From: a virus
Taxonomy: Duplodnaviria; Heunggongvirae; Uroviricota; Caudoviricetes
Length of the DNA stretch: 64,000 bases
Strand: one strand, 5' to 3'
IMG/VR virus record: IMGVR_UViG_3300027819_000008
Location: 27,405-91,404 of that record
Below the pieces are notes generated by a model, which did not search any database, was not told the origin of the DNA, and was given only the letters and a program-made list of their open reading frames with translations. Positions 59,278 through 64,000 of this stretch are shown here, one piece after another (within the stretch, counting starts at the first letter, position 1; each line of letters starts with the position of its first letter). The position numbers and the translations under genes are program-made.

Positions 59278-59312
59278 GTCGAAGGTCCTCTCCCCCAGCG
59301 CCGCCGGGGCCC

Positions 59313-61256
59313 TCAGCTCTCCGTCGTGGGTCCACGCCCCACCCCCAGCGTGCGGCGCGCCGCCTCCCTCGACCGCCTCGTCACCGCCTTGCTAAACCGC
59401 CCGGCGTCGTCGCGCGGGTGCTCCGACTCGTCAAACTCCTTGGCCTCCGCCACCAGCCGAATGACCACCGGGATGCTGCCGTCGGCCGGCATGAAGAGGA
59501 CCTCGCCCACCTGGGCCTCGGCGTCGAAGAACGCCAGGTCCCCGTCCAGCTCGGGGCAGCAGCCCGGCCGCACGTACGCGAGCGTCAGGTGGGGGACGTA
59601 CGCGGGCTGGGTGTCCTCGTGGGGCAGCGCGCCGAGCGCGTCGTGCAGGGCCACCAGGTCGTCGGACTGCACGCTGGCGTAGAGCACGTCCGCGTCGGGC
59701 TGCCGGAAGCGCCGGACGTCCCCGAGCTTGAGGTGGACCGGCCCGCGGCCGCGCAGCAGCGGGGCGACCCGCTCCGCGGTGACCCCCGGGTCCAGGCCGT
59801 AGCGCACGGTCACGTGCGGGTGCAGCTCCCGGCCGCCCTCGGCCAGGTCCCCGTCGGCCACGCGGTCCCGGGCCCACGCGAGCGCGGCCTCGGCGAGGTG
59901 CTCCGGCAGCTCGACCTGGGTGCTCGCGTACTCGTGCGGTGCGCCCTTGATCAGGCTCTCGGCGCGGGTCCAGTCGGCCTCACTCTGCTCCAAATGCTTT
60001 CTGGGCTTGGCCCCCACCGACTCGCGATAGTCCAGGACCCACGCCGGCGCAAACTTGAAGCCCGCCCGCTTCCAGAAGCGCACCCGGTGATTGCCGTCCA
60101 GCACGGTCAGCCGCGACTTGCCGTCGCGCCCCTGGGAAACTACCCGGGGCGACCGGTCCTCGGCGTCCGGGCGCCCCCAGTCAGTCTTGGGCGCCTCTCC
60201 GGGCTCCATCGGGCGCCACGTCCCGACACGATCCTCCGGGCCTTCCCCACCGCCACCGGACTCATCACCACCTCCGCCCCCGCCCGAACCGAAGCGCCCG
60301 TCCTCGTCTCTCGGGGGGTCCTCCTCGTTCCACTCGCCCTTAGTCCAGCCCGGCACGACCGCCCGGCGCTCCACCTTCTGGAAGCGCAGGACGACCGCAC
60401 ATCTGCAGCCGGGATGCGCCGGTGGGCGGAAGTAGGCCTCGCCATTCGGGTGCTCAAACGGTGCGTCCAGGGAGGTCTCAGCTTCGTCCAAACTTTCACA
60501 AATCTTTATGTCCACGCGATCGTCCTGCGCGGTACTCCAGACGCGCGTGGTCTCTTCGCGGTCCAGCAGGCCCTCGTTCGCGGCGGCCTGCCACAGGGCC
60601 TCCTGCCCCGCGGAGCTTGCATTTATAGTCTCGGTTCTCGCGATGTTCATGGCGCGGTAGTCCAGCAGTGCGTCGGCGTACTTCGCGACGCGGCGCTCGA
60701 CCCTGGCCGCGGACTCCCCACCCTCGACCAGCCGCGCGCGGAACTTGGCGACGGCCTCGATCTGCCGGGAGTGCAGGCCGACCACCCGCCGGATCTCCTC
60801 GGCCAGGTCGGTCGGCGCGATCCCCTGCTCCTGCGAGCGCAGGACCAAGGCGCGCACGCCGGCGCGGGTGGAGTCGGTCAGCTCTGTCACGAGCTCCGCC
60901 CCGTGCTCGCGCACCCACGCGATGCTCAGCGGGTTCTTGAGGTCGAAGCCGAGCGGTCCCTCCTCCACCCCGATGAGCTCCGCCCCGAGCGACACACCCA
61001 GCGCGAAAGTCCGGCCGAGCAGGGGGTCCAGCAGGCGCTTGACGGTGTCCGGCAGTACGCGGTCCAGCAGCGCGGCCACCTCCACCTGGGACAGGGAGCC
61101 CGAGCGCAGGGCCTCGGCCAGCGCCCCGACGTCCACCTGTGAGGCCGTGGAGCGCGCGGCGCGCCGAAAGGCGCGGGCGACGTGGGGCTCCATGCGCGCG
61201 GCAAGCCGTGTCATCAGCGGGTCGCGGTCCGAGGGCGCCTTGTACCGGGACCCCAT
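59313..61256 (-). CDS. MuF/SPP1-gp7-like minor head protein fused to a ParB/Srx-like domain and a 2H (LigT-like) phosphoesterase domain
   Basis: MuF block NIARTETINASSAGQE...PPAHPGCRCAV. Then LTVLDGNHRVRFWKRAG (the ParB/sulfiredoxin DGxHR motif). The C-terminus has two His-x-Thr-x motifs (HPHVTV and PHLTLAY). The start is uncertain: track 61463, likely ATG near 61256. Confidence 0.65.
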   Translation of the reverse strand: MGSRYKAPSDRDPLMTRLAARMEPHVARAFRRAARSTASQVDVGALAEALRSGSLSQVEVAALLDRVLPDTVKRLLDPLLGRTFALGVSLGAELIGVEEGPLGFDLKNPLSIAWVREHGAELVTELTDSTRAGVRALVLRSQEQGIAPTDLAEEIRRVVGLHSRQIEAVAKFRARLVEGGESAARVERRVAKYADALLDYRAMNIARTETINASSAGQEALWQAAANEGLLDREETTRVWSTAQDDRVDIKICESLDEAETSLDAPFEHPNGEAYFRPPAHPGCRCAVVLRFQKVERRAVVPGWTKGEWNEEDPPRDEDGRFGSGGGGGGDESGGGGEGPEDRVGTWRPMEPGEAPKTDWGRPDAEDRSPRVVSQGRDGKSRLTVLDGNHRVRFWKRAGFKFAPAWVLDYRESVGAKPRKHLEQSEADWTRAESLIKGAPHEYASTQVELPEHLAEAALAWARDRVADGDLAEGGRELHPHVTVRYGLDPGVTAERVAPLLRGRGPVHLKLGDVRRFRQPDADVLYASVQSDDLVALHDALGALPHEDTQPAYVPHLTLAYVRPGCCPELDGDLAFFDAEAQVGEVLFMPADGSIPVVIRLVAEAKEFDESEHPRDDAGRFSKAVTRRSREAARRTLGVGRGPTTES

Positions 61257-61592
61257 CACGACACCACCCGGCGCGCGTGGGGGGCCGGTGGCGGCAGGAG
61301 GCGACGCTCGCGCTCCACCTTCTCCGCGTAGCTGTCGGCGGCCGGGCGCTTGACCAGCTTCCCGGTGCGCTCGTCCACCTTCCAGGACCCCCGGTGGGCC
61401 TGCGGGTGCACGTCCATCAGCTACACAGCAGGTCGCGCCACTCGGCGCGGGTCTGCCCCTCATAGCGCTGGCGGGAGAAGAACTCCACGCACTGATCGAG
61501 GTTTTCCTGGGAGTACTCGTGATCGCACATTAGCCGCGGCTCCGCCGGCAGCGCGGGGTCTATGACCAGGTAGAAGAACAAGCAGAACAGGC

Positions 61593-62189
61593 TCACCGCG
61601 CGCCCTCCACCGGCCAGTCGTCGTCGGTCCGCAGCGTCCCCGCGTCCTCGCGATGGCAGAGGTAGGCGACCGGGCCAAGCGCCCCGTCCTCCAGCCGGAG
61701 TCTGAGCACCGCGACGGCGGGGTGGTCGGGCGCGAGCGGCTCGAGGTCCTGCACCAGCGCGAGCGCGTGGCAGTCCTCGTGGGCCGCGCCCAGGTACGAG
61801 GATGCCGGGCGGTTCGGCGACAAGGCCGCGACCCAGGTGGCGGTGCGCACTGCGCGACCGAAGAAGTCTACCCGCGGCCCGCGCTCCACGCATCGGGCGG
61901 CGCCGTCCTTGCGGCACAGGGTGGAGACGTTCTCGGCCGGCACGTACACCGCGGTCACGAGGCAGTGGCGACCGTCATCCCAGCACCCCCGCTTGACGAT
62001 CAGCGGCCGGTCCTGCCGGACCCCGTCACCCAGCGTCGTCGCGCAGCTCTGGAGGAGCGCGACCGCGGCAAGCGCCAGGAGGGTCAGTCGCAGCATCACA
62101 GCGGCCTCAGCAGCTTGGCCGCGCAGTTGGGGCGCCGGCACCACGCGATCCGCCGCGAGCCGGCGAAGTCGTGCCGACCGAACATGCAC
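61593..62189 (-). CDS. lipoprotein
   Basis: Lipobox LLQSC after a signal peptide. Several Cys residues. Confidence 0.45.
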   Translation of the reverse strand: MHVRSARLRRLAADRVVPAPQLRGQAAEAAVMLRLTLLALAAVALLQSCATTLGDGVRQDRPLIVKRGCWDDGRHCLVTAVYVPAENVSTLCRKDGAARCVERGPRVDFFGRAVRTATWVAALSPNRPASSYLGAAHEDCHALALVQDLEPLAPDHPAVAVLRLRLEDGALGPVAYLCHREDAGTLRTDDDWPVEGAR

Positions 62190-62247
62190 TTCAGCATCCC
62201 GAGCGCGATCTTGAGGGTCCCCATACCCACCTTATATCCCTTCCGGC

Positions 62248-62745
62248 CTAGAGGAGAAGGTCGCGGATCATGCCGAGGACTGCGGCGTCGTCGGCGCGGA
62301 CCCGGGCCGCGTCCACGCGGTCCACCCGCGCGGCGCCCCCGTAGGTCAGGCTCAGCCGGGTCACCGGGTGCCGGCGCTCCGCAGAGGTGGCGGCCGCCCC
62401 GCCCACGCGCACCGACAGGCGCGCCGCCGCGCGGTGCATCTTGCCGACCCGCAGGCCGCGGCCGCGGAACGTGAAGGACCCGCGGCTCTCGAACAGCAGC
62501 TCGCGGACCGACCACTCGAACACCGCCTCGCCGCCGTAGGCGAGGCCCCCGCCCGCGCTGCGAAAGTCGAGCTCGGCCGGAGTGGGCTTCTCGAAGACGT
62601 GGCTGTAGACCGGCGCGCGGAAGGCCGTCGTCTGGACGGGCCGCACGCTGTCGACCGGCAGCGGGTCGATCTGGAACAGCTTGGGCGCGGCGGAGTCCTC
62701 GGTCGCCCGGTGCTGGAACAGGTTCCGCTGGAAGACGGACGCCAT
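62248..62745 (-). CDS. hypothetical protein (165 aa)
   Basis: ORF adjacent to the tail-collar gene. Confidence 0.3.
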   Translation of the reverse strand: MASVFQRNLFQHRATEDSAAPKLFQIDPLPVDSVRPVQTTAFRAPVYSHVFEKPTPAELDFRSAGGGLAYGGEAVFEWSVRELLFESRGSFTFRGRGLRVGKMHRAAARLSVRVGGAAATSAERRHPVTRLSLTYGGAARVDRVDAARVRADDAAVLGMIRDLLL

Positions 62746-62746
62746 G

Positions 62747-63394
62747 TCAGGCCACCCGCTTCCAGAACCGCACGACCACGTACGGCTGGAGGTTGTTGTG
62801 GGCCTGCCCGCCGCCCGCGGCCTGGTTGACCGCCGTCGCGTCCGCCGTGATGTAGCCAGCGTTCACCGGGGTGGCGGTGCTGGTGTCCACCCCGTACCCG
62901 CGCAGGGCGCCCGTGGAAGCGCTGTTGACGCGCTGCGCGTGGCTGTGGGGGTTCTGCACGTGGGTGTGTGCGGGCATCTCCGCGGCCGTCAGCGCGTGGG
63001 CCTTCTCCCCACCGACCTGCTCCAGCGCCGCGAACTCAAGCTGCTCGGCGTCGAGCCCGACCAGGGCCCGGCCGGGGCCGAGCGCCTGCCACGACCCGTA
63101 GCCCAGGAGCTGCGCGGGGTCGGCGCCCACCACCGCGATGAAGACGGCCCCGACTGGGAACGCCTCGCTCCCGCCCCCACCGCCCACACCGGGCCACGTG
63201 CACTGCCGCCACGACGCCGCGGACCCCGCCTCCCACCACGTGTCGGTGTCGGCCGTATACGCGAGGTCCCCCATCCGGAGGCCGGACGCCGAAAGCTCGG
63301 ACTGAAGGTCGCACGCGTAGGCGACCGCCCCGCGGACGAGCGCGCCGGAGGCCATGAACAGCGCGGGCCGCAGAAGCTGGACCGCGACGGCCAC
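62747..63394 (-). CDS. phage tail collar domain protein (T4 gp12-like / MdpB-like)
   Basis: LTAAEMPAHTHVQNPHSHAQ...AGGGQAHNNLQPYVVVRFWKRV is the hallmark C-terminal block of tail-collar domain proteins. Confidence 0.65.
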   Translation of the reverse strand: MAVAVQLLRPALFMASGALVRGAVAYACDLQSELSASGLRMGDLAYTADTDTWWEAGSAASWRQCTWPGVGGGGGSEAFPVGAVFIAVVGADPAQLLGYGSWQALGPGRALVGLDAEQLEFAALEQVGGEKAHALTAAEMPAHTHVQNPHSHAQRVNSASTGALRGYGVDTSTATPVNAGYITADATAVNQAAGGGQAHNNLQPYVVVRFWKRVA

Positions 63395-63398
63395 TGGC

Positions 63399-63815
63399 TT
63401 AGACGTCCAGCGCGCCGGCGAACTCCGGGCGCTCGGCCTTCAGAAACCGGTAGACCTGGGTCCGGCTGGCGCTGAGCAGGCCCTTCCCGTCATCACCTGG
63501 CAGTCCCAGGTACATGGTGAAGTGCCGGCGCTCGGGGATCGCGGGGACGACCTCCACCACGTTGAACCGGCCGGGGCTGCCCTCCACGGGCTCCTCGCGC
63601 GTGACCCCGGGGACCGCCGGGTGGTCGGCGATCGCGTAGTCGCCCGCCGAGACCGGCGACTTCCCGGCCGCGCGCGAGGCGGCGTCGGCGTAGACCGACA
63701 CGCGCACCTGGGCGACGCCGTGCAGCGTGTCCACCTCCAGGCAGTCGACGCGGTGGTAGGCGCTCGGGAACGACGCGCCTGTATCGGGGTCCGTGAAGCT
63801 CTTCTGCAGGGCCAT
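63399..63815 (-). CDS. hypothetical protein (138 aa)
   Basis: ORF upstream of the tail-collar gene. Confidence 0.3.
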   Translation of the reverse strand: MALQKSFTDPDTGASFPSAYHRVDCLEVDTLHGVAQVRVSVYADAASRAAGKSPVSAGDYAIADHPAVPGVTREEPVEGSPGRFNVVEVVPAIPERRHFTMYLGLPGDDGKGLLSASRTQVYRFLKAERPEFAGALDV

Positions 63816-64000
63816 GGTGTGTTTTTTCCTTTCTATGCGATGTCGAACGCCGTCACGTTGACGCCGGTGATGGTGGCCGTCCCACCAGTGATTGCCGCCA
63901 GGCTCACGTCCAGCCAGTAGGCCGTCCCACCGGTCAGACCGGTCACGACCGCGCTCACGCTGAACGGAACCTCCTCGTTCGTCACGCCGGCGTCCACGTG

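Noticed and set aside
1-64000. CRISPR array, rRNA, integrase/attachment pair
   Set aside because: No spaced direct-repeat array, no rRNA-like conserved stretches, and no tyrosine or serine recombinase motifs were seen in any frame.

Overview
High-GC (~68-70%) tailed dsDNA phage or prophage genome. Nearly every gene is on the minus strand and the genes are tightly packed, with recurrent GTGA/ATGA/TGATG stop-start overlaps, GTG/TTG starts and GGAGG-type Shine-Dalgarno sites; this suggests an actinobacterial or myxobacterial host. The provided ORF track omits ORFs under 60 aa and often extends N-termini into out-of-frame GC-rich junk, so several starts were re-set by hand and several sub-60-aa genes were added.

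Gene order along the direction of transcription, from high to low coordinates:
- tail-collar/fiber-like genes
- MuF-like minor head protein with ParB-like and 2H-phosphoesterase C-terminal domains
- an ADP-ribosyltransferase-like gene
- homing-endonuclease islands
- prohead protease, HK97-fold major capsid protein and connector proteins
- two paralogous tail-tube genes, G/GT frameshift chaperones, tape measure protein and distal tail proteins
- a lysis cassette
- metallophosphoesterase, SPFH protein and a pilin-like protein
- an SF2 DECH helicase interrupted by an intein
- lambda-O-like replication initiator with an internal iteron/AT-rich origin, DnaC-like loader and DnaB-like helicase
- RtcB RNA ligase, a tRNA-like minihelix and primase
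- an approximately 450-bp control region
- a cluster of small early genes, each preceded by a conserved two-hairpin element
- UvrD-like helicase, GIY-YIG endonuclease, zinc-ribbon protein and a sigma-like protein with a histone-H1-like lysine/alanine tail
- a rho-independent terminator
- a 7-deazaguanine (preQ0) DNA-modification operon: QueC, YhhQ-like transporter, QueD, QueE, a PRTase-FolE fusion and DpdA
- an HNH endonuclease, beta sliding clamp and a family-A DNA polymerase encoded in two pieces (UDG-like/3'-5' exonuclease ORF and polymerase ORF) separated by a 455-bp insert, plus a gp32-like SSB.

Most notable observations:
1. A six-copy structured repeat lies upstream of early genes; it has two hairpins whose stems show compensatory changes.
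2. An approximately 80-bp repeat family encodes micro-ORFs that are coupled to upstream genes and share the dpdA start motif VK(I/V)YLGAG.
3. The helicase intein carries a DUF559/Vsr-like endonuclease gene nested in another reading frame, and a second Hint-like ORF carries an antisense DUF559 gene.
4. The family-A DNA polymerase is present as genes in pieces.
5. The preQ0 module contains an unusual PRTase-FolE fusion.
6. There is an RNA-repair theme: RtcB, a tRNA-like element and a 2H phosphoesterase fused to MuF.

No CRISPR array, rRNA or canonical tRNA was found.
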